A DNA stretch of 64,000 nucleotides from Raillietiella orientalis (taxonomy: Eukaryota), in assembly GCA_036172245.1 (NCBI GenBank), contig JAYWIR010000056.1:744001-808000 (forward strand), written 5' to 3'. This document shows positions 16,455-28,716 of this stretch, piece after piece. The translations under genes were made by a program, and so were the position numbers. Under the pieces are notes generated by a model. It did no database searches. It worked only from the letters and a program-made list of their open reading frames with translations, and was not told where the DNA came from. How positions within the stretch are numbered: the stretch's first letter is position 1; each line of letters begins with the position of its first letter.

Positions 16455-19400
16455 TATTTAATTTTCTGGAATATAAATTGAAATCATAGGTAATTAAGCC
16501 TGAATTAGCAAAGGAATCCTTTTCAAAACTGGTGATCATCCTAAAACATGATTTGTATAAAAATTGAAACATTTCTGAAAATTGAAACATTTTCAAAACT
16601 GATTGTTACCAACACACAAAGATATGCATTATTAACTAGTGCGATTCATTCAATAAAAAAAAAACAAAATTGGTACAAATGTATAATTCATCACAGCAAT
16701 TTCCAAGATACATATAAATTATACTCACAAAAAATGTTGAGCAAACCGAAGAGGTCTATTAAAAAACTTTAGCACTCTGATTTATGGAAATCACATCAAC
16801 TTTATTGTATGAATACAATTGGTACCAGCATGCACCAATTCATAAAATCATATTGATTCATTATTCAAGTACACATTGTTCATAGCCATCTAACAGATAT
16901 CCTATTACAATAGTTTTTAAAAACCTAATGAATAGCCAGTATTTTATATGATAAAATGATAAAGTCACGAGGCAGCACCATACAATAGAGTAAAATTGAT
17001 AAAAATTCTAAATTGAAATAAGAAATCACAGTTTTCAAAGATGCTGCAAACACAGATGTATTGTTAATTTTTCAAGATTAGTTTCTTGATCTCGTTTCTT
17101 ATCTGGTGAAACCATCAATTGCAATCCCCTGAATTTTCAATTGCTCTATAGTTCACATCATTATTTGCTTCTTACAAAGTCACAATGGCAATTCATTGTC
17201 ATCATTATTTCCCATAACTTCCATTTCCCCATTATGCTTTGCTTTCTGTATACCATTTAGATTGTTCTGTTAATAAACAGCCATTACCCAAACACTATCT
17301 ATGCCTAGTCATTAAGTTTGAATTCTCAGCAATTGAAACTTGCAGTCAGGCATTAGGCATACTACTTTCACTTGCTGAAACTTTCACATTTCAGCAATCT
17401 TTCTGTTTCCCAACTTTAAATAAACATCACATACATGTGATGTTATTCTGGGCATTTGGAATTCCAAACATGATTTCCAGAATATTTTTATCAAAAGTTG
17501 CTATCCAATTAACATCTTCATCAGTGAGCTCTGTTTCATCCTTAAATTACTGTTTTAAATATTTTTAAGAATATTTAAAACAGTACAAAATGCTTTTGGG
17601 ACTTGAAGATTAACCTCAGCATGGACCACGTGAAAATATTCATCCATTTTTAATGAAAACAAGCCATATCACATGGCTATTTTTGCTATTTGGAAGGCTA
17701 ATACGGAAATCATTCATTACAAGAAATCAACGATAAAATCCTTTCAAAGTTGGCTCATAATGATGAAGGTCAAATTGAGGAATACTCTGAGCTCATGAAT
17801 GTACTCATGTTTGTGCATCTCCCTTTACATTATTGAATTCATAATACATGTATTGTGTGTCATCCAAAAATGTGTGATATGTTTCACATAACTGTAAAAG
17901 GAGTTGAAGGAATCAAACATGACAGAATGTCTGAGGATAGTTTTTTTCTACAGCTGAATTTGATAACTGGAATACTCTTTACTACAAAAATAAGTGTAAA
18001 CTCACAAAAGCCAAAACTAGCTCTGCAATATGATCCACTTTCAAATATGGAAAGCAGTTCGTTTCAAACTAAACAATTCAAAAATACCCTGCCAAAATCA
18101 AGAATAATCTTGCAATATATGCTGAGTGATTAATTTCTAACAATGAATAATCAATGAACTTTACATAAAACACCAAAATAGCACCTTCCTCATGGGAATC
18201 CTTGTATGAAAAAAAAAAAAAAATGCTCTAATTTTAATGCAATTTTTCGAAACTTAATATCATTTTTGGATATGGCCTATTAAATCAATACACTTTTTTG
18301 GGAAACTTAAAATAGCACAGGAATTGAAAACACACATATTTTTACTTTGAAAATGCATGCTGTACTTATTTCTGATATCAACAAGAACATGTGGGCTGAC
18401 ACATTACAGAAAAGTATATTTAAGCAATAAGAAAAAACTGAAACACAGAGGCCATTAACACAAAAAACTTTAAAACTAGGGCAATATAACCAGAAAAAAA
18501 AAACAAAAACAATGAATAGAAAAGAAAAACATGAAATTAGAAGGAAACAAAAAGACAAAGCATGGACTTAATTTTGAAAACACTAGTTTTTGTAAATACA
18601 TGCCATGGATATGGATACCCTTGATAAACAAAAATATGCAATACTTCATGATGCTGAAAAAATGGAATGATGATCATAGTGTCTCTGATACTGAAGAGAA
18701 ACGTGCAATCCAACTTGCAGAACATTTCATGTTATGCCCCCAAGCTATACACATTAAGAACTGCTTGAAGAAACTACATGTACCAGTAATTATGTACGTA
18801 TGCACGAAACAAACAATGCAATATCAAACAAGTTCAATATAGTAAACTACTTAAGGGAGCATAATTTTAAGATCGTAATTACATTGACCGACTTTGAAAC
18901 TACATTGCTTTGGGATACTTTTAAGAATTTATTTCAAGATAGCATATTCAGAGGCATTCAGGTGCGTGGTTATGAACTCACTTAGGAACGCACTCGACAT
19001 CAACTCAGTGAAATGCATATGCTCCAGGAAACATTAATCGGAAACGGACCTTAGAATTATTGAGGGGAATTTCATTAAATTAAATTAAATTCTGATGATC
19101 ACTTTATAAACTTGTTTAAAACCATACGTACTTTAACACATACAATCGATTCCTTAGAATTTTTTGGATTCATCGACATACATTTGCGGGAGAATTACGG
19201 AAATTTAGTTCCTCAAAAATTGATTTGTAGTTTGTGAAAAGGTGCAAAAATTACATGCAACATGGAAGCCTCATCTACCGTTCATATTAAACCTTCACTT
19301 AGAATTTAGGTTAAAGGTCAAATCGAATGCAGTCTAATAGATTTGATCGGTCTGATCGATCGCTCACTTGAACTTTGAATGCACAGCAATTTTAAGTTTG

Positions 19401-21392
19401 TCTGAAGCAATGCCCGAGTCGCATCAAAATTGGTATTAGTCATTATTTATGAACACAAGATACTTGTTTTCTAATAGGCAAAGGAACCTGAGGATGCACA
19501 TGATACATAAATATGAGTTAATTAAGAGCAAATCCTCAAAATTTACTAATTTGATGAAACTTGATTCATATGAAATGCACACTTTACAATAGGCTCTTTA
19601 TAAAAATTAAATTCAAAACACAACAGTTTTAGCTGACGCTAAACCAGGATGGGGTTTTCTTTAGAAAAACGAAAATTAAACTCGGGCAATTTGGGAAAAC
19701 ATATGATATACACATAATACCTTATGAAATTTCTTATACGCTAACATCCATATCGCAATCATTTCTTCATGTGGAGAGAAGTAATACACTCAAAGCCAGA
19801 ATTATCGATAAATGCCAGGAAAAAAACAATAAAAACAAGTTCTTAATTCAATTCAGTACAACCAGCACACGAAGACAGGCACCACAGCATTCTACTCGAA
19901 TTGCATTACAAAATCAGCGTTCCAACCCCAAGAATGCAACTACTAATAAGCACCGCCCTTTTTGCTATGTTAATTTCATAAAAATAATCACATGGCAGAA
20001 TACATGCCGACTGCATTCTCTGAAGAAAGGAAAAATATTTCCCCAAAGATGTGCACATATTTTTACTAATTTCAAGAGGACAAAAAATGTACATGAAAAT
20101 TCCATCTAAATAGGCAACTGCGACTTTTCACATGCTCTGACAATATTATAGTCGTAGAAATAGCAGAGCCGTCCTATTCTGAAAATTATCAAATTTAACT
20201 TTCTTCTAACGTAGTCATTTTTCCTATTTCCTGGAAGCAATTACATTTTTGAACGCATGTATGACCTTGTATTTCATTACGACAATAAAGATCATTACAC
20301 AAACTGGCTAATGTTGCTGTTTTCAATGACGGCATTAAGATTATAAATTCTGATTCATAATCAGAGATTTAAAGAAAAATATGCATTGAGATCATTTAGG
20401 TGTTTAGCTAATGTAAAAATTGTAGTTATTCAAGTATTCGGATTTACTGCTGTGTGTAGAAAAAATACAATAGAAAAAGAAATCGAATCCTGAATAGGAA
20501 TAAAATTCTCATATAATTCAGAGCAATTTGTTCGTAAAGTTATTTATATTTTTATGAACTAATCCAGTTATGAATGCAGTATCTCTTCCCACATAACACA
20601 AATTATACTTATACTGTCGCTTGAATTGCCATTCTACGTAACTTCACTTTAAAATACCGAGTAGAGTATTTTAAAACGAATTGACTGACCACTTACTTCA
20701 AACGAAACGGTTTCTTTGAAAAAGCCTCAAAATCAAGCAAATTTCAAAAATAAATGCCATGTGCTGAAATCACCAAGTTTAGAAACCATTTTCTGTGGAA
20801 ACACAAGATCAGTCAAGGTGCAAACATGGATAATTCTTTTACAGGATATAGGCAAAAAAATTGCTCTTTGTTCCAATAGGGTTACAAATAGAACAGCAAT
20901 TAAACTCTTTGAATTAGATGAAATAGGAAACACTAAGCAAGTAGAACTATAAACTACGACATAATTAGCAGAATTATCAGGCAGGAAGTCTTCCCCCTTG
21001 TCTTTAATTGATTACTTTTCGGTGAGCTGCATTCAAAATCTGGCTTCAAACTCTCCTAATATTGTGAATTAAGAAAAAAAATTGCTACATTCTACTCATT
21101 TATAAAATCACGGTGAACATTGATAACTGAGAAAATGGGAATCATTGGCTTGTACACTCAGATGCAGTGTTTTCGGAAATCATTTACTTAGCCTTTGTAG
21201 AATTCTTTGCATCTTATCGCATAGCTTATAGTAAATGCTGATTTCCTGATGTAAAATACATTCTAAATAGCAGTCAACCATATCAAACAGAAAAACAGCC
21301 TCAAACTGCTAAAATGATATAAGCCATTATATATATAACCCAAAAAACTACTTAAACAACAGCAACAACGAAAACAAAAAAAAAACACTCAC

Positions 21393-21803
21393 GAGGAAAC
21401 ATTGCAAAAATTCTTACTTCTTTGGTGCCAAATTCCAAAAAATCACAGAGGAATTTGAATATAGAGGAAAATGATTGTAATTTCAATACATTAATCAGCG
21501 AAACTATGGAAAGTATCGAAAATGATTCTTCTTCATCCTTTTGTGTATCTATTTATTATCAAGCTTTCCTTTCACGTTTACGTGCTCTCTAGCATCCCTA
21601 GTGCCTATCGTTGTAATGTACGTATCATGACATTCTTGGTGTACAAACGATCCGATCGTCATCACGAATAACTGCCAAACTTTGAATAATAAATAATGTT
21701 ATGATACTCTTTTAGAAATATATTTCTGAGCTCGGGTTCAGCCAACCTTTTGAACTTTTTCTCCTTCAGTCTGCTTTTTCATGCCACCTTTGTCTTTGCA
21801 GAC
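21393..21803. promoter_or_regulatory. Putative bidirectional promoter with 5' UTR exons for SRPK (-) and Ku80 (+)
   Basis: Outward-facing consensus donors: GTGAGT on the minus strand at 21392-21387 and GTAAGT on the plus strand at 21804. Both genes have an acceptor upstream of their ATG exon (16466-67; 23931-32), and CpG is locally more frequent. Inference only. Confidence 0.4.
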
Positions 21804-24014
21804 GTAAGTATTGCTTGGAACCATTGATGTCTGCACTTGAATATGAAACACATCAAACACTTCCAGCATTCAGTCTTATTTTCAACTATTTCGTTGCAAG
21901 TTGTTCCTGAAAGACGAACTCTGCTATTAGCTTTTGACATTTGGATGGTGCACTGTTTTATGGCGTTTCTTGCGTGAGCTAACTCAATGAGACAATTTAA
22001 ACGTTTTGATTAAAGCTTTCTATGAAACTAAAAATTGTATTCGAAAAATTCTATAGATTCTATCAACGGAGCTGGAGGGCATACTACAATAATGCATTGA
22101 AGATCTGATATGTTTTATGATCCTCAGATATGGAAGTCTCTATGGTTTCAAGCGTAATGAAGATCTAAAAAAGGTTCAAAAGTAAAACTGCCAGCATAAG
22201 GTGTTCCAAATGAGATAAATTTGGAATACCTTATGCCGTATAAATTCCACTATTATCTTAGAAAAAATTTTTTTTTGCTTAGGAGAGAGTGCGTACGAAA
22301 GAGTTTCGAGTAGTATAAGATTAAGAAAAGCAATGTTAAGTTTGAGGGTGTTCGTTGCTGTATCTCGAAAGGGGGAAGTTTACTAAGGCGGAAAAGCATG
22401 TGTTGGTGTTTACTAACCGAATCCTAACGGGGCTTCCTACACACAATGCACCCACCGGCAGGAACACCACTCCTTGCAAACAATTAGAATGCAATAATGT
22501 ACATAGCAGTACAGTAGAAGAATACACATAACGGTGAGCAAGAAGCAAGCCGATGTTTCAAAGTGTACAAATTCAATGCTGATAGACATTGCAAAAAGTA
22601 CAAATTGTTTATTGCTTTAATCCTTGAAAGTGATGTGTAACTTCCATGAATTTCGTAAGCAGCGGTCGCTAATAGAAAGAATTTCCGAATGAACATTTAC
22701 AAGTGCTCAGTTTGATCCATAAAAGCAAACATTTAAAAACAAGTAGCATTTTGTTCCTAAATAACTGTTAACATTCGGCAAACGAGGATGACTCAAGCAT
22801 AAGTAAGGAAGTAATCAAGGCAGAGTTTTATTCAATCCATCATCTCGCTTCCGTGGTTGGAGTATTTTTTTTTTTTTATATATATATGTTGGGAGTACAA
22901 ATGATGTCTCTTAAGGAAATATGTCAATTTACAATAAGTGCCGCCAATAAACAATAAGAAAGAACAAGGGATTTCAAGGGTCCTTTTGTAAAACATCCGA
23001 TATGAACATAACTAATCCACGCGCTAATTTGTTTTTCCTTTTTATGATCCTTCTATGTGATCACTGACTTCATGAATTGAAGTGGCGATGGATTCAAAAG
23101 CCATGTTACCCCGATTTATCGAATCGTTTTGTAGCATTTGAGATGTGAAGTTCATGATTGTTACTGAAGCAGGCATCTAAAGCAAATGTAGTGTCGTTTG
23201 AAGGAAGAAGCGGCAAACTAATATATATTTATGTTGAATGTTTTTATGGATCTGTTTTCATTTGCATTGAAAATGATGTATAATCATTTTTATGGCAATA
23301 TAGAGACATCTATGAATCGGTTGCCATCCACTATCTCCAACGTGAAACGAATGATTTCCATGATATTTTTTTTAGAAAAAAATTTGTAGTCGTTTGAGTG
23401 ATCAGTATTCATTTATGTGATGCATTTCTTTATTAGTGTGACAGTGTTAACTGAAATTCAATTGGTGACATGTAGCTCACCAAGTGGCATTCAATTGGGT
23501 TTTGCGTTTAGGTTTAAGTAATTTAGTTGAGCATCAGAGTTAAGATTTATACCAAACTTTATCGTCTTTTTTGGATTGTGCTTACCAATGAGTTTAAAAA
23601 TATGCTTTACAAAAACTGGTAATTTGTCAGTATTGTTTTTGTCTCTGTCAAAGTCGTAAATGCACACAAATTTAGAGCTAATCATTGCATTCCTCTTTTG
23701 TGTCATAATAGCAACTTCATAGGAGATGTAATGTGTGGTGCATCAGAATCAGCTGTGCTGTTTTCATTGTTTCTATGACATTTCCGTGGATCACTTTGAT
23801 TGACAAGTTCCTTGGAGTGTTGAAGTGTTCTTTGAAGTACCTGTATTCCAAAGTGCTCTATGAGTTACATGACTCCTTTGACTCTCAATTTAAATTTTGA
23901 AGTGTACGTTTGAAGTATATTACTTGATACAGGAGATGAGAAAATTTTTGATTCCAAAATAGAAATCTCTATCTCAGCTAAACCTTTGGGATCTGAATAT
24001 CAAACACAAGGAAA

Positions 24015-27000
24015 ATGGTTACTGCTTCCCAGGTATCTTTGATTTATAAACCCATGATTTATTTTGCATTATGGGAGTAAAAGTTCTGGAAAATACCGTT
24101 TTCAGTTGGTTTTTGCATTGCTATTATGTCTATGTGAATATGTTTAAACTCTTTGAAGATTCAGTTTTTAAAAATGGTTTGTAGAATGGTCTCTGCAGAA
24201 TGGAGTTGGCGAACAAAGCTCTATATTCTCATAGATGTAATCATTTTAGTGAGATACTATGATTAATGTGAATACAATAATAATCATCTTTTGGAAAAAA
24301 TGAGTGGACATTTTAAAATTGGAAAGCTCTGGTTTTTTTTCCCCACTTTCTATTGATATGTTTTAACTTTGGATTTAAGTTGTTTATCAATGAAAGTTTC
24401 ATCATAAAAGATTTTGCTTTGGCAAAGAAGTTGGTTATTTGTATTTTCACTTGATTTGAGCACAAGTGTATTTTATAAAACAGTGTCCCCATTAATATCA
24501 ATAGCTGCCTTTATGCTTTGAGTGCTAGAAATATAAATGTCAATTAAAATTTTTTGCTTACCATGTTAATTCAGATTTTTCTAAAATTCAGAATTTCAAA
24601 AAGACTTTCTTTTGTTGTCCTTGTCTTTATCAATCATTTTACATCAGTCATTAAATTGTTCCTTCCCATATATGGTTGCAAAAGCCCTGAATAAACAAAA
24701 TTGATATGTGACCATGATTACTAATCCTGTAACACAGTTATTCCTTCAGTGTTGTTTTCCATTTGAAGTGTTGTAGATTCAGTAATTCTTCTATCAGTTG
24801 GTTGGATACTGTAATGATGCAGTCATATAGCATACTTTTTGGGGAAGATGTAAACTATTTAGGGATATGGAATTCCAGATCCCTAATTTCTTTTAAAGAA
24901 ATTATGGATCTGGACTTAGAAAAATTTAACATAAGAACTTCATTTTAACTTAATTTAGAAACTTAATTTAACTTAGAGAAACTTGAGTATATTTTAAAGC
25001 TTATCTGAACACATATGCTGTTAATGTGCTGTTTCATGACATAGTAAAAGAATGCTTTAATTTGCTCTTTTTTCAGGAAGCCATTGTTCTTATTATCGAT
25101 GTGGGGTTACTTGCACATAGTGGAGAAAAAGGCGTACTTTTCTTTGAACAGTGCCTGAGTTGTGCATGCATGATTCTTCAGAGAAAAGTAATTTATCCAA
25201 GTGACTTAAGTTCTGACCTTCATTAATTTCATGTAGCTGTTTGCTGAGTCCAAAGATGATATCTGTGTGATTTTGATTGGCACTACTGAGACAAACAATC
25301 CTTTGGCTGAGGATGACCAGTATAATCACATTTCTATCATTCGCCCTTTGAGTCCTGTAGACTGGGATATTATTGAGTACCTTGTGAATTATCCTAGATC
25401 AAATACTTCATCTGCAGATTGGTTGGATGCATTGGTTGTAGCACTGGATCATATACAGCAATCTCACAAGTAACAATATGAACATGTAGAATCACCAATG
25501 TTTCCCAGGAATTACACAGGAAAAAAATTAGTATTATTTACTGATTTTGCTGAGTCTGTTTGCTGTGACCACTTTGATATTATTATCAGCAGCATCAAGG
25601 AAATGAATATAACCTTGAATGTCATGTAAGGAAAAACAGATCATGTGTTATTTTTTTTAAAGAGGTCCGAGTATTAATTTGGATGAGCAGTCATTAAGTC
25701 ATCCTTCCATGAATGAGCTGAAATATGAAAAAGGAGAGACATTAATTGCACAAATAATAAGACAGGTGACCTTGAAATTTTGTATATTATCAGTCATTAT
25801 AACTGCATTGGTTGGGTTGAGACAGTGCCATTTTTATGTAAAGTGAAAACTGACTGAGTGTTAATAAATTAGTTGAATGCATAACTTTTCGATAGAACCT
25901 CAAAGTCATGTGTTTGTTTTCAAATTTCTTCTCATTCTGTTTCTGAATTGAAATTTTTTTGTGCTGTTATAGGTTGATGGTGACATTTTTAGTTTCGATG
26001 TTGCTATTCCTCAGCTTTTGTATTATCCAAAAAAGGCAATCCGACCATCACCATGGAATGCCGTTTTGAAGCTTGGATCTTCTCTGAAGATTGCAATTTC
26101 AGGCTATATTAAGGTATGTATTTATGAAAACTTTAAACTATGTATTCATTGAAACTTGCAAAACTGGTTTGTGCAGACTAAGGAAGCTACATTGAAATCT
26201 TGGAAGACGATGCATCCTAGCCAGAGAGATGCACCTATTATTAAAGAAAAGAGTTATCATTGCATGGATGACAATCTAACAGAAATTAGTAAGGAAGATG
26301 TAATCCCTGGCTATAGATATGGAAGCACTGTGGTTCCTTTTACAGGTAAGTCAAATTTTCTAAGCAAAAGTCAAAGAAGGTTGCCTTTTTTATTTGTTAT
26401 TTGTGCCCAGAGGAAGATGCTGATGCTTTGTCATATAAATCAGGAGAGAAGGGAATTTGTGTTCTTGGATTTAGTCCCTCAGAATGCATACAGCATTACA
26501 ATTTCATAGGAAGCAGTGTTTTGTACGTGTTTTCACGTCCTGGAGATTTAGTAAGAAACTTCTGAACTACATAAATCGAAGAATAATTCTGTAATTTTTA
26601 CTTCAGGTTGCTCAAAATACTTTGTCAGCTTTGATACATGCCATGAATAAAACTCATACAGTTGCCATTGCTTCCAGGATATACAGTCAAAATGCAACAC
26701 CTAGTCTTGGTTTCCTTACAGCCAAACTGAAAGCCACTAAAGAGTATTTGATATGGATTGCCTTACCCTTTATGGAGGATGTGCGTCATTATAGTTTTCC
26801 AAGATTTCCAGAAAGCAGTTTGCCCACTGGTGAGCAGCAACAAGCCATGGATGAACTAGTAGATGCCATGGATTTAACACAAGGAGCGAGGTAGCTGTTG
26901 TGTTTTGGATATAATTTTTTGTGTATTTACTATGAAACATCTATCCAATGTTTTCTGTTCACCAGGACCAATAATCATTAATGCTGTGTGGAATATTTGG

Positions 27001-28043
27001 TGGCAGATTTCATTAAAAGCTTTTAGTTTTGCAGATAATTTTTGTATTCATTTGAAATTTTTATAATTTTGTTGAATTTTGTGAAGTGCAAAGGCCAGAT
27101 CATATGTACAAGGGATGAATCTTCTCGTGATTTTTCTGATTAAACAAAATCAATATTTGTGGACCTGGGAAGATGTTTTGATTATGACTTGAGGACAGTT
27201 CTGTATTTCAGCTTAGATGATACAGACACATGTATGGAAAGTTTGCAACCCAAGAACACAGCTAATCCTGGCCTTCAGCGTGTTTATCAATGCTTAACAC
27301 ACCGTGCATTGTATCCACAACAGAAGCTACCTGAACTGGATGATTGTTTGAAACGTTTGTTGGAGATGCCCAGTTCTATTAAGAGCAAGGTGGATGGCAT
27401 GTTAGAACCCATTAGCAAGTTGTTTCCTGTAAAATTCGTGTGCGAGAATGCAAAAAGGCAAGTAGATTTTAAATTCTTCTCAGAAGAATTTAAAATCTTC
27501 ATTATCAACAGTTCTATACTTTAGAGAAGGCTTATCATCTGGAGAGAAGCAGTCTCAGAAGAATGCAGATGATTTTCAGGGGACCACTGGTGTTTCCCTG
27601 ACATCACCATGTGAGGATTTCTTGACTTTGTTGCAAAAGCATGAAAATTGGGAAACAAGTAACTGAAATGCTGAATGCAATGCAAGTATTCATGCTGCAT
27701 AGGTTGGCAACAGTTAGCCAATGCAACATGGCACCTGTTGATGGATCAGTCTTTGTCACAGGAATCACATAAGAAACACCAAATAACCAACTGTTTACAG
27801 TTACTTCGTTCTCAAAGTCGGCTTCATAGCAATGGTCTATATGAAAGTTTTCTCAAAGATGTTAGCAGTGGTTTCCAACATTTGAACAGGAGTCACATGC
27901 TTGTGCATCTTTTAGAACAAGGTTAGTAAGGTGGGGATGCAACTTCTCTAATAAGAATTTATGAAGAGGATCTTTTCTTCATTTCATCCATGGTGCATGG
28001 AGAGCCAAGCAATTCACTTGGCACTGGGATGATGGAGCATTAA
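24015..28043 (+). CDS. XRCC5: Ku80 (XRCC5) DNA end-binding NHEJ subunit, 13 coding exons
   Basis: Exons 24015-24032, 25077-25187, 25237-25469, 25509-25625, 25663-25765, 25973-26113, 26177-26345, 26411-26550, 26607-26890, 27212-27457, 27525-27658, 27703-27921, 27967-28043 (last exon least certain). Motifs: MVTASQEAIVLIIDVG, LFAESKDD, ADWLDALVVALD, GYRYGSTVVPF, LPFMEDVRHYSF, MDELVDAMDL, NPGLQRVYQCL. Confidence 0.95.
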
Positions 28044-28156
28044 AACTGTAGCATTGATGTATGTGTGTGTTTTTTTTTTTTCAGTTATGCTAGTATTGTG
28101 TTAGCAATCCATTCTGATGATTGTTCCATTACATTGTGTTTTGGCAATTGCTAGTC

Positions 28157-28595
28157 ATGAATCAGAAAACTCCCATTCATAAGATTAAGGAGTTACATTT
28201 GCCAATCAGCAGGGTACGCACCATTATGAAGAGCTCTCCTGATGTGGAAAATGTTAGCCAGGAATCCTTGCACTTGATCACCAAATCAACGGTAAGTACC
28301 AAAAATTTCAGCAGTCCCGCTCCATTAGCTTGCTAGGAATTGTTCTTGGCTCATTTGGCACAACTGGCTTACCAGTGCAGCTGTATCCACCAAGCACAAG
28401 GTGCAGATATCACTTACAATCATTTAGCCCATGTTGTTCAGGCTAAAGAATCATTAGAGTTTTTGCATGGTAGGTTATCATTATCTTCTCTTTAGCAGCC
28501 CATCTGTTAAAGATATCATTCCCAAGAAAATCACTGGTAGAAAGTACTTGGAAATTTTAGCTACTCAAGAACAGCTAGAGGATGATTTTCAATGA
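28157..28595 (+). CDS. CHRAC1: Chromatin accessibility complex protein 1 (CHRAC15/Chrac-16 histone fold)
   Basis: Exons 28157-28291, 28337-28469, 28513-28595. LPISRVRTIMKSSPDV...ITKSTELFL..LA...ITYNHLA...EFLHDIIPKKI..RKYLE matches CHRAC1. AATAAA follows immediately after the stop. Confidence 0.93.
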
Positions 28596-28716
28596 AATAA
28601 ATTATTCAATTTCTAATCTTTAAAAAAATGTGGATTTCTGGTGGGAGGCTATTGCCATCTACCACCCCAGCAATTCAGAGTAAACATTGAACATATCCTT
28701 TAGGTACATATCGGAA

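Noticed and set aside
18531..18842. 103-aa plus-strand ORF in the SRPK upstream intron
   Set aside because: Only faint resemblance to a LINE linker region (DTEEKRAIQLAEHF); not supportable as a gene or a defined element.
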